Below, one piece after another: positions 37,081-50,896 of a stretch of 64,000 bases of DNA. The translations under genes were made by a program, and so were the position numbers. The stretch is from NCBI RefSeq assembly GCF_018350175.1, contig NC_058368.1, forward strand, positions 122,018,001 to 122,082,000, written 5' to 3'. Source of the DNA: Felis catus (lineage: Eukaryota). The notes beneath the pieces were generated by a model. The model saw nothing but the letters and a program-made list of their open reading frames with translations, was not told the DNA's origin and made no database searches. Every line of letters begins with the position of its first letter. Position 1 is the first letter of the stretch.

Positions 37081-38772
37081 TTTTTCCTTGTGGGTTTCAT
37101 TTAGAAACATCTATTCAGGCTCAACCAGGCTGACTTTGAGACTTTATAAAACCTTCTATGTAAGGATAGGTGATGGACACACTGAATACTCAGAGGTGAC
37201 TTTTCAATTTCTGTAAGGATTGCTTGTTGATTCCCATTCCATGGCAGACAGAACAAAGCCATAGTTAAAGAATGCTTACCTGTTCTCTAGTTTTTAGGTG
37301 GAATAATGTTTCCTCACTAAACAAGAGGGAGCCAATCTAGGTTATTGGGACAAACCTTGTTACCTGGCTATCCATATTTCTCCTGGTCTTTGTCTTAAGA
37401 GGTTAACTGTACCAGGCCAATTTAAATATAACACAGTAAACATCTTAACTAAGAGGCCAGGGGGCAAATGAGAAAATGAGAAATTTGGGGTAGTGCTGGT
37501 AAGGAGTTCTGTTCGCTTTGTTAAATGCCAGTGTTACAAGAATCCAAAGTCAGTAAAACAAGTGTGAAACTGATTGGGATTTCTCATTCTGCAGCTGCTT
37601 GAGGCTATGCATACTGCATACCTGAAATATATGGTTTTGCAAGGCTGGGTGACAGTCTCCTATGCTGTAGAATGGCACAGTGCCAACCAAGTCTGAGACA
37701 ACCAAGACTTTTCAATCTTGGGTTAAAAGTGCTGTAAACCCAAAAGAACAGAGGGGAACAAAAGAGATTCAGCAAGAATGGGAATAATGCATGAATCACA
37801 GACAGAGGAGATTACCATCAAAAGCTTAAAAAAAAATCTGCCAAAGCCATATAGCTTCCTGATAATGACTGTGACTGTAATTTCTGCATATTTTAACAGA
37901 TGTTCTGTTTATAGAACTCAACTGGATTTAGGGGTTATGAATAAAGCCAGGAGGCCCTAGAGATGTTTCTTTGTATGATTAACTGACCACAGGCCATTTG
38001 TTTTACAACAAAGATGCTCAATGATCCATAGTCCATGATTTATACCAGCCTGTGTATACTAATGGCTGATGTCTCCATGGTACTTCTCATTAGCATCTGA
38101 AGGGGGATTGGAGGAAAACAGATTATGGGAATAGCTCCCCATTGCTCTACATGATAGTTCATTAGTGGGTGTGGAATCGATTCGAAAGAAAACTAAGATA
38201 ATCATAAGCTGAAATGCGAATTATAAATTATAACAATTAAGAAATCCAAATCAACGATAAAGGAAAGAATATGGCATTTCATAATGCTAGCTGTTTGCAC
38301 CTTTGTAAATTGGGAAAAAGAGGATGTTTTGTATCTTCCAAAATGTACCTTTTTGTCCAAAAAGACAAATCACATTAAAATTCCAATAATAATAAACATC
38401 ATAATACTGCTGACTTGTATTGATCACTTAACTAAGCATCAGGCATCTGCTGGGTGATTTACATAAATTATCCCCCTTCACTCTCACATTATATATTAAG
38501 AGGATCCCCGTGGACTGGAACCAGAAAAACATCCTTAGCCACTGCCTACTTTTTCCCTTTCTCATGACCCCTCTACTTTGCTCTGTGTGTTCTCTGATGC
38601 TTTCTCTACCAAATGCCCTTCTTTGCTGACTCCTATTCACTGCTGCCTGATTACTTCACAGCCTGACTTGACCTCTTGCTTTCATTTCATCTTAAGCTCT
38701 CAAAGCCAAATACCTTGGTGGTATTTTTTAGTCTAAATTCCCCAAAGAAGGAATCTGATAGTTTCAGCTAAC

Positions 38773-38983
38773 TTTGTTTTTGTTTTGGGTTTATTTATTT
38801 ATCTTGAGACAGAGGGAGACCATGGGGGAGAGGCAGAGAGAGAAGGAGACGCAGAATCCGAAGCAGGCTCCAGGCTCTGAGCTGTCAGCACAGAGCCCAA
38901 GGGAGGGCTTTAACTCACTAGCCGTGAGATCATGACCTGAACTGAAGTTGGATGCTTAACCTTCTGAGCCCCTGGAAGGTGCC
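38773..38983 (-). mobile_element. CanSINE
   Basis: 'gacgcagaatccgaagcaggctccaggctctgagctgtcagcacagagcc...gagatcatgacctgaactgaagttggatgcttaacc'. Confidence 0.92.
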
Positions 38984-39526
38984 AGATCCTTCCATTTTAA
39001 ATGTCTGGGTCAGCACCCAACATCTGGCAGAGCTACCCCCAAATTTGTTGGATAATTAAATTCTACCCAAGAACTCAACAGGGGGTGGCAAATGAATACC
39101 CGAGGGCACTGCCTGGCCCTGCAAGTTTCATTTGACTGAAAATTATCACTATTTGTGGGTATTTGTGAGCACAAAAGAATTAGTAAATGCTCCTGGAATA
39201 TCATCTCCTTCCATCTGTTGCCAAAGTTCACAGTAAGTACTGAATCCAAGGGAGGATAATGAATTATGTGAAAATGAACTTATGCCTGGAATTTCAATAT
39301 CCCCAGGTGATGCAAATAGGCACATTTGAACTTGCTCCGAAAAATCCTAAGCTTTGGGATCTGAGCATATGGTCCAAGTTATTTAGCCAGATGAGACATG
39401 GGATTTCCTGTAAGTAGGATTCTGTCAGCATGTCGGTAAACAGACGTCCCTCAGTTCGGACACTCCAAGTCATGGTGGGGGTGGGACAAGAATGTATCAA
39501 GGTCTTTTGGCAAATGACACACTCAC

Positions 39527-39557
<31 letters not shown>

Positions 39558-40489
39558 GAGACTAAACCTTCATGTTATGCCCCAAGGCTCAGAAGCCAGC
39601 ACCAGTTATACAAGTGTTTTGAACCCCAAAGACTTCTGGGGAATTGGAAGGAGTCCAAGCTGGCTATTAGAATCAAGCCTCAGATAAATTTTACTCTTGT
39701 TTTCACTATCAACATTAAGATGCCCAAGGAGTTAAAGCCAAAGTCAACAGGGATGTTCATGCCACAGAAGGTAGGACACACAGAGACAGCAGGACAGAGC
39801 TTAGCTTATGCATTGTTTCTTCTATATGATCTAAACACTATATGATCCTTCTATATTTCTCCCTCAGAAACATGTTTACTCCATAGAATACATGCCTAGC
39901 ACTGTTGATCCTTCTAAATGCTTTACAGCTATTATTACTTAGCCTGAGTTAGAGTACTTTAAAACATTTATGGGGGAACTAAATTCTCAGGTAATTTGTG
40001 GTGCAAAATTTTCCTGCATTGTGTATTTGTCTGTGCTGTATAAAACCCACCCATTAGAATGACACCAGCCTGAGCAAATGCCTTGTGTGGGAGAATATTG
40101 CTGGGTGTTATCAGCCACATTTGTTAACTTTAGTACAATTGAGACACTTATAAAGATAAAGGTCATTAATATTTCAACACATCATTACATTTAAATTCAG
40201 AAGTGAGAACTGTTATAAGTGAGAATCCAACAATCCAACCAGTTGTAATTAGGCATTTAATAAAACTTCTCTACATGAAGAGAAATACTGGTTGTTGGGA
40301 GAAAAAGAAACACAATAGAACAAATGTTTGAAAAATGTTATATTCTAGCTAAATCATGTGGCTTAATTTGAGCCATTAACAAATCTAGCAAATTATGTTT
40401 CTCAAAAGCCAGTGATGCAGGTAGCTCCTAAAAATATAAGGAAATAATGATAAGGAATGTGAATAACAGTATCAAGCACCCCATGTTTA

Positions 40490-41090
40490 AGCCTACCATT
40501 CATAAACTGTGTGTGTGATCTTAGGCAAGTTATCTTGACTCAGTTTTCCCATCTGCAAAGTGGAGGAAAAAGTAGGACCTACCTCACACAGTTGTTACAA
40601 GGATGAAATAAAGGGATAATCACAGCTAACCCTTGTGGAGTACCATGTGCTAGGCATTATTCTAGGCATCTGAAGATACATTTTTTTAACTGAATCCTCC
40701 CAGTGAAATAGCCATTTTTTAAACTCTCTTTAAAGATGAGGTGAGTGCCTGGGTGGCTCAGTCGGTAACCATCTGACTTCAGCTCAGGTAATGATCTCAT
40801 GGTTCATGGGTTTGAGCCCCACATCGGGCTCAGTGCTGACAGCTCAGAGCCTGGAGCCTGCTTCAGATCCTGTGTCTCACTCTCTCATTCTCTCTCTCTC
40901 TCTCTCTCTGCCCCTCCCCCACTCTAATAGTCTCTAAATAAATAAATAAGCTTTAAAAAGTTAAAAAAAATATGAGGAAACTGAGGCTTAGTGATGATTA
41001 TGAACTTGCTCCAGGTATCATGACAAGCACCTGGTATATGACAATTAGAACCCAGGCCCATCTGTATACGACGTTCATCATTGTGCTGCC
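40490..41090. mobile_element. Two MIR fragments in opposite orientations, one interrupted by a CanSINE
   Basis: 'gtgtgatcttaggcaagttatc...ctcagttttcccatctgcaaagtgg' and 'atgaggaaactgaggcttag'. Confidence 0.75.
40743..40970 (+). mobile_element. CanSINE
   Basis: Head 'gagtgcctgggtggctcagtcgg', CT tract, (TAAA) tail; flanks aaagatgagg / aaatatgagg. Confidence 0.94.
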
Positions 41091-43587
41091 TGCCTTCTCC
41101 CCTACACCTCTACTCTTGACCCATTGCCTTTTCAACTATCTTCTCAGTTCCATTGTAAACACTTTGACTTGCCAGTAAATATTTGCCAAGTGAATAAATG
41201 AGTCTTCGAATGTTGCTTCTGTTAGGAAGCAATGACAAGTCCCTCGGTCTGAGCTGTAAGTATGGCTGAGGTTGTGGGCCTTGTGAAGTTATTTATGAAC
41301 TAGACACTAATCTCTTCAAGCAGGAGCAAAAAGGGGCCAAATGAATAATTGTCAAATGTGTGCTAATGGCCTTGATAACAAACCAAAGCAACATGCCTGA
41401 AAAAAAGCCTAACATTCAGTAGTTTAAGATCTGCAGTGGGCATGAGAGAAGAAATGAACCTGAGTAAAGATAAGGCAAACTAGTGGGGGCTTTGCGTCTG
41501 GCAGGAGAGCAAAGCATTCTAACACTTTAATTCAATGAGGGTGCGAATTCTGAAGCTTCAAGAGTTGCTTCAGCCCTCAGAATAAAGTGTGTTGGATCCC
41601 AAGATGGTAGCATAAACAAGAGTAATTCTCCTCATGCAAGCTGTGGGGGGTCAGATTTTAAGTGCTGGGAAGAGATTAACTTTATTGCATCGAGAAGGAT
41701 TTAATTGCAGGCAGTGATTAGCCAAATGATTAGGTCGATAGAATGCAGGTCAAACTGTGCTAGGAAATATCCATGGTTCTTATTACATGGAAGGTTGAAG
41801 ATGGGAAACCATTTGGGGACCCCGAGTTATCTGAACAAAGTCCTCTGCAGACCTTCCCAGAGGCCACAGATGCACTCTTCTCTTTACCCAGCAGTGATGG
41901 CATGCTGACTCAAGGAACATTTGCCCCCCACCCCCTGGAACTGGAGAAACCCAATAAAACAGCTGGGATCCTTAAATGGTGTTTTTAAAAGTGGGGAAAA
42001 AAATCTTGCCTGGTCTAGCGTTCCTTCCTCTAATTACAGCAAAAATCATTGATTTTGAAAATGCAAAGCAGAAAGATCTTCCCCATTTACCTAAGAAGAT
42101 ATTTGGGCAAAAGGTGGAGTTTTTGCACTAGCCAACGCCCTCCTACTCAGTCAGTTCTGCATTGGTATTAACCTTTGGAACGAACTCACTGATAGTAATG
42201 GAACATGTTAAGTCAAATATGCCTGCAGTACAAAATATACCTTAGTAGAAAAATGGATTGGTTCACAAGTGGTATTTTATTTAAAGGATACCTTACTGGC
42301 TCACAAAGCATACCAACAAACGGAGATAATACGTACGGATGTGTCTTCAGGGAAAAGCTGTGTTTGCCAGCTCCTCCAAGCTGGGACCCCAAAACCCATG
42401 GCTCCATCTGTGACCCAGACCTGACAGTCAGAGGCCACAAATTCATTTAATTATCAGCAACTCGATGAGTCTGAATTCCTAGTTCTTGACATTTATCTCT
42501 CAGAATCCCAATCATATGATGGCAAAGACCTAGAAAACTGCCTGACCCTAACTGTTGGCACTGAAGCAGATAACGAGATAACATGCAGGGGGTGGGGTGG
42601 CAGGGAGAAGCATGTCAACAAAAAGCCAAATCTTTCAGAATTCTCTTGCAGGCTCGCAGGTGTCATTTCACTCATCCAGACAAAACGTTAGTGAAAGGAG
42701 ATGAATGATAATATGAACTGAGTGAACCACTGAACTTTTGGGAAAGTAAGGAGGTAAACATAGGTGTATGCCTGTGTTACACATGTGCACACACATATCC
42801 CTTTACCTGGAGTCACCTAGAGTTAGCAACAGGGACTGTAACTGCCCTAAGTTTCAATCCCTTCTCACCAAGTTGTTCTAAGCAACTGCGTGATTCATGA
42901 CTAGCAAGGAAACTTTTCCTCTTCTCTGACAGTTTGGTGCTTCACTTCCATCCTTCCCACTTGGAGTTGTTGCTCATTTTAGGCTCTCGGGGAATAAAAC
43001 CTCTAACTCCCATAAATGGCTTATACAAACACCTTAAGCACACTGCTATTCCTCAGCTTGTAATAAATGCTCTAGAATCCTGTGTCTGTGACAGAGAAAA
43101 GACAAAGAGGAGACACGTGATTCTTCTCACTTTTTTTTTTTTTCTTTGCTGAGCGGGACCTTAAATGCAGACTGGCCCCTAAGTCCCAGCCTGGAGCTTC
43201 CTCAAGATGGAGAAGAGACACAGAGGTGCACGGGTGTAATGGAAGGAACTGTGAGATTAGAATCAGCATGTCTGATCAGAATCACTAGCAGTTGCTAATG
43301 GGAATAGTGTGGGCAGGAGGAGTGATCTTGGGTGGCAAATAGAGAAGGAAGTACAAGACAGAGGACGTTTTACAAACTGTTGGGTATCACATAATACAAG
43401 AGACTAGAGTTGCCCAAGGAAGTGCAAAAGTGCATATGACACTGGAGTAGACAACAGGAGGGGTTAGTGCCAGCCTTGGTTCTACTTCTAATGGCCCCAC
43501 GACAGGAAGCCTCCTCCTCTGGGTCTCCAAGACCTCCTCAGAAATAGAGGGTACTGGTCTTGTGCCCCAGACTCTAGATGCTCAACA

Positions 43588-43750
43588 TCCTTGATATTCT
43601 AGGTGTGGACTCTGGCCAGCAGCCTCTGCAACATCTGGTGGCCTGGAAAAATGCAGAACCTTGACTCCCACCCAGATCCATCGGATCAGAACCTGCATTT
43701 CACAAGACACCCCGGTGATCTGTTTGCACACTAAAGCTTGAGAATCACTG
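43588..43750. mobile_element. MER5A1-type hAT-Charlie remnant
   Basis: 'gaaaaatgcagaacc...ggatcagaacctgcatttcacaagacaccccggtgatctgtttgcacactaaagcttgagaatcactg'. Confidence 0.8.
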
Positions 43751-44079
43751 GTCTTCAAAATCCCTTCCAGCTTTATCATTCTCTAATTCTTATTACAAAT
43801 GGTCCCGAGCCTTGCAGTTTCCCAGAACACCCATTTCATGAGATTCTGCAAAACTTGCTATATTCAGGTCTGGGGAGGCCTGGTGGTGTTTGTTGTTTAT
43901 AAATTTACTTTTGCTTCATCAAATGAGTCTGGTCAGCTCTCTGTGTTGATCCTCTACCCCTCTGATCACAAAGCTCAACAACACTGCTATCCAGATGTGT
44001 GTCTAGGTATGCAAGAGGATCACAGTTCACATTAAAAGATACTATACCAAATTTGCTGAGACATAAATGATGTCAGATA

Positions 44080-44290
44080 TACCATATTAAGTGTGTTCAT
44101 ATAGCATTCCATTTAAGACATAGGGCAGCCCTGGGAAGTAGGTTCTATTCTTATCTTCATTCTACAGATGAAAAACGTGAATCTTGGAGATGTTAAGTAA
44201 CTTACCCAAGATCAGATAGGTGGAACTTGGCAGTAATGATATTTAAAACCAGATCTCACACCAGAGTGTGCATGTATAACCACCATGGGA
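44080..44290 (-). mobile_element. MIR
   Basis: 'cattctacagatgaaaaacgtgaatcttggagatgttaagtaacttacccaagatc'. Confidence 0.75.
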
Positions 44291-44419
44291 CACACCCTCC
44301 CCAGCCGCTCAGTTAAAATTCCCAAGGCACCTTCTCCTAGGTATTCCCATTTAACTGCTGTGTTTTGCACACCTTCGTGCTTGCTACTCTTCCTCCAATC
44401 CCACGGTATTTTAGAGATG

Positions 44420-44602
44420 AGCTACCTAATGTGGAAACCAAGAGCCACATATGGCTATTCAAATGTAAACTAAAAATTCAGTTTTTCATTGCACTAGCAA
44501 CATTTTAAGCATTTAGTAGTCCCATGTGGTTAGTGGCTACCATGTTGGATAACCGAGATATGGAATATTTCAATCATCATAGCCAGTTTTATTGGACAGC
44601 GT
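44420..44602. mobile_element. MER3-type hAT-Charlie remnant
   Basis: 'agccacatatggctatt...gcactagcaacatttt...catgtggttagtggctaccatgttgga...ttttattggacagcg'. Confidence 0.8.
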
Positions 44603-45519
44603 AGTTTTAGAAAATCAAATGGCTGAAAATTATTACCCCATCATTGGCCTTGTCCCTTATTTTACTACTTCTCAGTGCTGAACACTCTCAAATGCACATT
44701 CTGAAAAGTCATCACAGTACCCCTCCACTAAGAAGTAAGAGGATCTCTGGGGAAGAAGTGAGAGATCTTGTATATCCAACAAGATGAGAGCCCTAAAACT
44801 TGACCCTGATTTCAAGTTCAAAGACCACGTTCACAGAGAAGAAGTGAGGCTTTGGTGTGCATTGCCAGCCTTGCAGCCTTGGCCTTTATGATTCATCGTG
44901 ACAACTACTCATTTCTGTCAGGGGAAAAAAAGTCCAATCAGGCAGAGTTTTATTTCCTCCCTGAAATAAAATAGAACTGACTGGCCATGGTATCTCCAGG
45001 GACACCCACTATGGGGTCTTAAATTACCCAGGAACACTTCTAGTCAATCCCACTTCCATGTTGGAGCTTGCAATCAACATTTATCTCTATCGGACAGACC
45101 ATCTGCAGGTTTCTAATACCACTTTTATTATTACCTTGTAAATGTAAAATCCTTGAGGCAGAAATGCCAGCTGCTAACACAAGAGTGTGTATGAGCACCC
45201 ACTTCTCCGGTGATGAATGTCCCTCGGTCCCTGAGTCTCAGAGAAAAATATACCAAGGATTTTCCCAGAAACTGTGTCTTATATGGATTCAGTGTCAAGG
45301 GGTTTGGGGGTGAGTTCTCTCTGGTGATTCCACTGACACAGAATGACCTTCCCTCTCTCTGTTAACCTTCTAGAGGGCTATCACTCTTTTTATTGTGGCA
45401 ATTGAGGCAAATGATGGGTGACAGAAGCTCTTACCAAATGCTCATACCCAGACACACCATAACAGTTCCTCTGATAGGGATCAATTAGCTACTGAGCACC
45501 CTGCTTTCATTTCTCTACT

Positions 45520-46270
45520 AATTTAGCAAATGTTTACCATGTCCTATTTTGTGCCAGACATGGGTTTGATCCATCAGGGCCCCTAATAGAATAGTTCAGA
45601 GTCTTGCAGAACTCCCAACCTAGTGAGGGAGCTAGACAATTCATCTAGTAAGCACCCAAACAAATTTGTAATGATGAATTTTAATACTGGCTGGGAATGA
45701 AAGAAATAAAATGCTGTAGTAGAAGTTAGCAAGGGAGACTTTATTTAGACATAGTGGTCAGAGAAGACCCTCTCTGAGAAGGTGGCCATCCAACTAAAAC
45801 CTGAAAGATGATGCAGGTAGCCAATGTGGGCAGAGCTTGTGACCAAGGACAGGGAGATGAGGCCAGAAGGTGGCCAGAGCCAGCCTAATAAACAAGGAGT
45901 TTAGATTTTCTGCTAAGAACAAGGACAAGTGACTAGAAGGTTTCAAGCAGCAGGATGACGTATCCTTTTGGTTTTTCAAAGATCATCCTAGCTGAAGTAT
46001 GAAGAATGAATTGGGGGTCAGGGGTGGGACAGAAACAGGAAGGACAGAGACTGGTTAGGGGTTGTGTTCTAGTCCAGTAAGGAGAAGAAGGCGGTTTAGA
46101 CTTAAACCATACTATAGTGTGGGGACAGAAGAAATGGAGGAGTTTGCAACATACTTTGGGGGAGTACAGAAAGGACTTGCCAGTCAACCTGTTGTGTGGT
46201 GTGGGGTGAGGAGAAGCCTAGAATCAAAGATGACTCCCAAGTTTAGGTGGGAGCAGCTCATGCAGAGTGG
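45520..46270 (-). mobile_element. L2 fragment
   Basis: 'gtggtcagagaagaccctctctgagaaggtg', 'tttcaaagatcatcctagctg' and 'aagatgactcccaagttt'. Confidence 0.75.
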
Positions 46271-49009
46271 TGCCTTTTGACAGCACTGGTTGAATGATTT
46301 GTATTTATTATTTGCAAGCCTGATGATTAACCTTGCCAAGGTTTGTGATAAATCTGCCTTCACAAATGCAGACACTCAAAAAAATCAAGGAACTTGCCCA
46401 AAGTCACACAGCCTATGAATGATGAAACCAGTATTTGAAGCTTTGGCTGGTCTGCAAACCTTGCATGCGCCCTTTCAACTTCACTGCCTCTCCCCACCAT
46501 TTCTCAGTTGCTGGTCTCTGTGTTGCGTACCTCTTGTGTTGGTCCATATTAAGGGTTGTCCTTGGCTCATTTCTCTGCTCAGAACATTCCTTCTTTATGG
46601 AAAACTGTCTCCTACCTTCACCTCCACCTAGGTAACTCTTATTCTTCTGAAACTTAGACATAGCTTCCATTCTTCAGTGGAAGCCTTTGCTCCTTCAATG
46701 GACATGAACTCTATAGCAATCACTTGCCTAATTGTTTGCTTTCCCCACTAGTCTGTAAGCTCTATGAATGCAGAACACTACAAGTCCATCACAGCCCTGC
46801 TAAGGCCTGGCACAATTCCAGAAACTACTCAGTGATAATTTAGTAACATTTACTAAATGAACTCCTAGTCATTGGTGAATTTCAGAAGAGGATTCATCCA
46901 GTTTAACCCAAGGGATCAGGAACCTGGATGAGTATTCCCATCAGCATGCTGAGGGGAAGTGGGACTTAGGAGATCTGAGGTAAGTTTAGGCTTTGATGAC
47001 TAGTTAGTTCTTTGATGTATGGAATGTCTCATTACCTCTCTGGACCTCAGTTTCCTTGTAGCTCAAAGCAAAGAAAATCAAAACCCGGCTCTCTGACCTG
47101 ATGGGGTAAACATAGAATCCAAACACATGTGAAAGGGCATGAAAGGTATAAAAACTATATGCATATATAGATGTTGTTAGTGCATCAACATAACGTAATT
47201 CCCCTTTAGTATGTCCCAGAGGTCATGATTCTGGAGTCCAGCAGGCCTAAGGAGACTTGGTTCTAATCTTCAGCTATTTATGTTTGCATTAGTCATCACC
47301 TCTGAACTGAATAAGGCTAACAGCACTAATTTCATGGGACCCTTATGAGCAGTCAATAAACTCTAATATATGGCTGTGTGTATGGCTATATGTATGTGTA
47401 TATGTGTGTAAAAAACAGTATATAGATGAAGCAATGCCTGGTGTACAGGAAGCACCTAATGAAATCTTAGCCTTTTTCTTTTTCCTTTGTTAAAAAAACG
47501 CTCCCTTTAAACACACACCTATACAGATAGAGCCCACACACCAACTCAGATTCTACATCAAGAATTTGGGGGTTAAATTATTTATGAATTTTGGAAATGT
47601 CACTAAGGATGACTATTATGTCCTACTCAACCTCAGGAGTAGCTTCTTCAAGCCCAGTTCCCTCTAACTTTGTACCAAGCAGTATGTCATTCCAAAAATG
47701 AGATGCTTTTTGAGAGACGGCAAGTGGCAGCCATGCTAAGAAGCTCCATCAGCGTACAGCTCTGTTCAGGGGGGACAAGTCCAAATGAGTGTTAGCAGCT
47801 GCCCAGATCCTTAGTGAATTGAAACAAATCATATGGGAAGACAATTTTTTTAAAACTTCTTAGCATCAGCAAAGTACTTCCTGTTAAAACTCCACTTCCT
47901 AATTCAAAATCAAAACCTCCCATTCTCCATGCTCTGCTCTGCTGCCACCGGTTATGAGAAAATCTATGGCCTAAATGTATTTGGCTTCCCAAAAGTGACT
48001 AATCAAAAGGCAAGGGGACTTGTTTCAGGAGCAGGAAGGGCAAATGGTGGGACAAAGGGCACCGTCACAGATGGCAAGAAGAACAGAATCCAGGCGTAAG
48101 CGAGGAGAGAAATGGAGAGGATATTAGTGAAGAGTCCCAACAAGACTAGAGAGTTTAGATGGCCTAGGAGTGGACACATCATCACAATCAGAAGGCAGCA
48201 GATTGTGGTGGGTAAAGCCCTGGGCTCCAGCACTTACTAAGCATGGACTTTCTGAACCTCAGTCTCTTCATCTCCAAAATGGAGAGTATTAGGAGGATGA
48301 ATGAACAAAAAGCACTTATTAGCACAGTGTCTAGTATTAACTATGCACTCAAGAGATGCTTTAACATAGATTATGGGCAACAGAATGGAGGTAAAACACC
48401 CTGCTCCTGAAATCAATACCAAAGCAAAGGGAGACAGCTAAAAAGAACCTGACATTCTTCTGGCCCTTTCCCCCCTTTTTGGATGATGTCAGCTTTCTAA
48501 TTTACCAACTTTTTCAAATGTCGCTTGCTTCCTTTGTAATTTCTTCTCTACATGGAATCCAAGGATGATCCATTTATACTCTTCTCCTGCAGAGCCAGAA
48601 TCTCCTCCAGAGTACCCCCAACAGACATGCCAACTGGTTCTGCCTGCACTAGTCTGCTGGGGGTACAGGGGGAAGGGCAGTGCCTCCAGGAAGGTCCCTT
48701 TCCCTTGAGAACTTGGTTATGAAAGCTCTTCTTAGCAAGTCAAAGCATATCTCACTATAAGTAGCAATCACTAGTCCTAAGTGGTCCTTCTGGAGTTGAG
48801 ACCCTGTATTCATCTTCTAATCCAGTCATCCAACACCTCCCCCCTCCTGCACGCTCTCACTGCAGGCTTCTTGGTGGGCAGAGATGCTGTCAGGCTCACT
48901 GTGGTCTCTAGCATCTCTCACAACACTGAACACACAAAGGCGCTAGATAAACATCTGAATGCAAGACAGGTCTTCACACCGTCAAAAGGTTTTAAAGATC
49001 AACTGCTAG

Positions 49010-49201
49010 GAGTGATAAACTCCAGTGCCTTCAGGAGCCCAGGCTGGTAAAATAAATGTGGAGGGGTGTGGATTGTGGCTAACTGAGGAGTGAATATGTT
49101 ACCTAAAGGTATTTGAATTCAAATTGTTTTCACAAGAGTCTATTAGCAGAACAACCTCCTTTACAGTTGGTTGTTGCTTGGGCCACTGGAGTTTGTGACT
49201 C
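49010..49201. mobile_element. Small non-autonomous hAT-like DNA element with terminal inverted repeats
   Basis: gagtgataaactccagtg (49010-49027) matches the reverse complement of cactggagtttgtgactc (49184-49201) at 16/18. Confidence 0.65.
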
Positions 49202-49974
49202 ACTCCATTTTACATCCCCCCCCCACTCCATCACAGCGATTAGAAACGTGAATGTGGTCAATTACTTCCTTTACAAATGCTAACTTCCAGCATCCCCAAG
49301 GATGGGCAGGAAAGACCTTCAAAACTTAATTATTTGAAAATTCATTACCTTCCCCTGAAAGCTACTTCCTTGTATATTTTACCCAATTGTCTCTTTGAGG
49401 CTGGCAACACAAACTGAATTCCTTTTCTGTTTGATTTTTCTGCAAATATTTGAAGATATTTACCACCCCCTCCAAGCCCACTAAATCTTCTCCAGATTAA
49501 AGTTCTTTCAGCTGCTCCTTCTGTCAAAATTACATAACTCCCACCATTCTGGCCATTGCACTGTCTGTATTCCTCTTCCACACAAGTATGTGCATGTGAT
49601 TAACAATTGTGGGAAATTTTGGTAAAGATCCAAATATACACCAATAGGAAATTGGTAATTTTTGAAATATTTCTTAACATGGATGGTTTACGCACCTATT
49701 AAAAATCATGCTGAAGAGCATAGAACTATGTTCCTATTAGAACAAGTCATATTACAAAACGTTGCATGCATCATGATCCTATTTTTATTTAAACTATTTT
49801 AATTAAAACCAATCTGTGTAAATGGCAAATTGGAAAGAAAGCTAATATTGTACAAAAATTACTTCCATAATCAGGAATAAAAACACAAGTTATTTTTTTA
49901 AATGTGGTTTTCAGAAATTAAAAACTTCAGACTGCAGATAATTTAACACTGAAGAGTCCGAGACAGTGCCTCCC

Positions 49975-50186
49975 TTTTTATTTTTTATTTTTTAATTTTA
50001 GGGAGAGCATGTGCATGCAAGAGTGGGGGAGAGGGGCAGAGGAAGAGAGAGAGAATTTTAAGCAGATGCTCAGCGTGAAGCCCAAGGTGGGGGCTCAATC
50101 TCATGAACCCATCAGATACTGACCTCACGGTCAAAATCAAGCGAAAATCAAGAGCTGGATTAACTGATTGAGCTATTCAGGCCCTC
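49975..50186 (-). mobile_element. CanSINE (older, diverged)
   Basis: T-rich tail, 'gagtgggggagaggggcagaggaagagagagagaattttaagcag', 'aaatcaagagctgg'. Confidence 0.85.
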
Positions 50187-50409
50187 TGAGAGGGCCCCTC
50201 CCTTGATCTAGGTCAAGTTTTAAAAACCAGAGGCCTCAGTGGGGCCAGAGTTTCTAAAATCGGTGTGTTTAGTCCTTATCCCACCTCCTCCAGTTCGGAA
50301 TATAGTCAGATGGGGAGTAGGGGTGGGAGTGGGGGAGTGGTGAGCACATTTGGAAAAAAAGATTCTCAGGTGATTTTGAGGCATACCACTGGTTAAAAAT
50401 CAAACCAGA

Positions 50410-50720
50410 CACTAGATTTCTGTTCATGCAGCCAAACATTATTTCCCTTTTCTTGGCAGCCACATCATTCTTTTGACTCACTCTTAATGTTAACTAAGAC
50501 CCTGGGGGCTTGTTTTGATGAGCTGCTCTTAAGGGCTACTCCCCTCCCTGTGTGTGTGCAGGTGGCTCTGTGAGACTTCGGGGAAGATATTGGCATTGAT
50601 CCCCATACAATTCATGTTATTATTAGGTTTGGCCCATCAATCTAAACTGTCAAGATCTTTCTGTTCTGGCTCCTCCTCCCAGCTGTGAGTAATCCTAAAA
50701 CTCAATCAGAATGACATTTA
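50410..50720 (-). mobile_element. L3/CR1 LINE remnant
   Basis: 'ttggcagccacatcattcttttgactca', 'ggcccatcaatctaaactgtcaagatcttt' and 'cctcccagctgtg' resemble the antisense L3 (CR1) RT region. Confidence 0.65.
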
Positions 50721-50896
50721 AGGTAGTTACTGTACAAATGTCCTTTTTCTCAAGGTAAACATTCCCAATGTCATCAACCAGACAGCCAAAGACATTTTTT
50801 TTTATTTCACCATCTGACCTGGACATCTTCTTGACACAGGTGCTCTCAGGGTAGCCTTGTCAATGACAAGGACAGAGGGCTATCTTTCCCCTTTTA

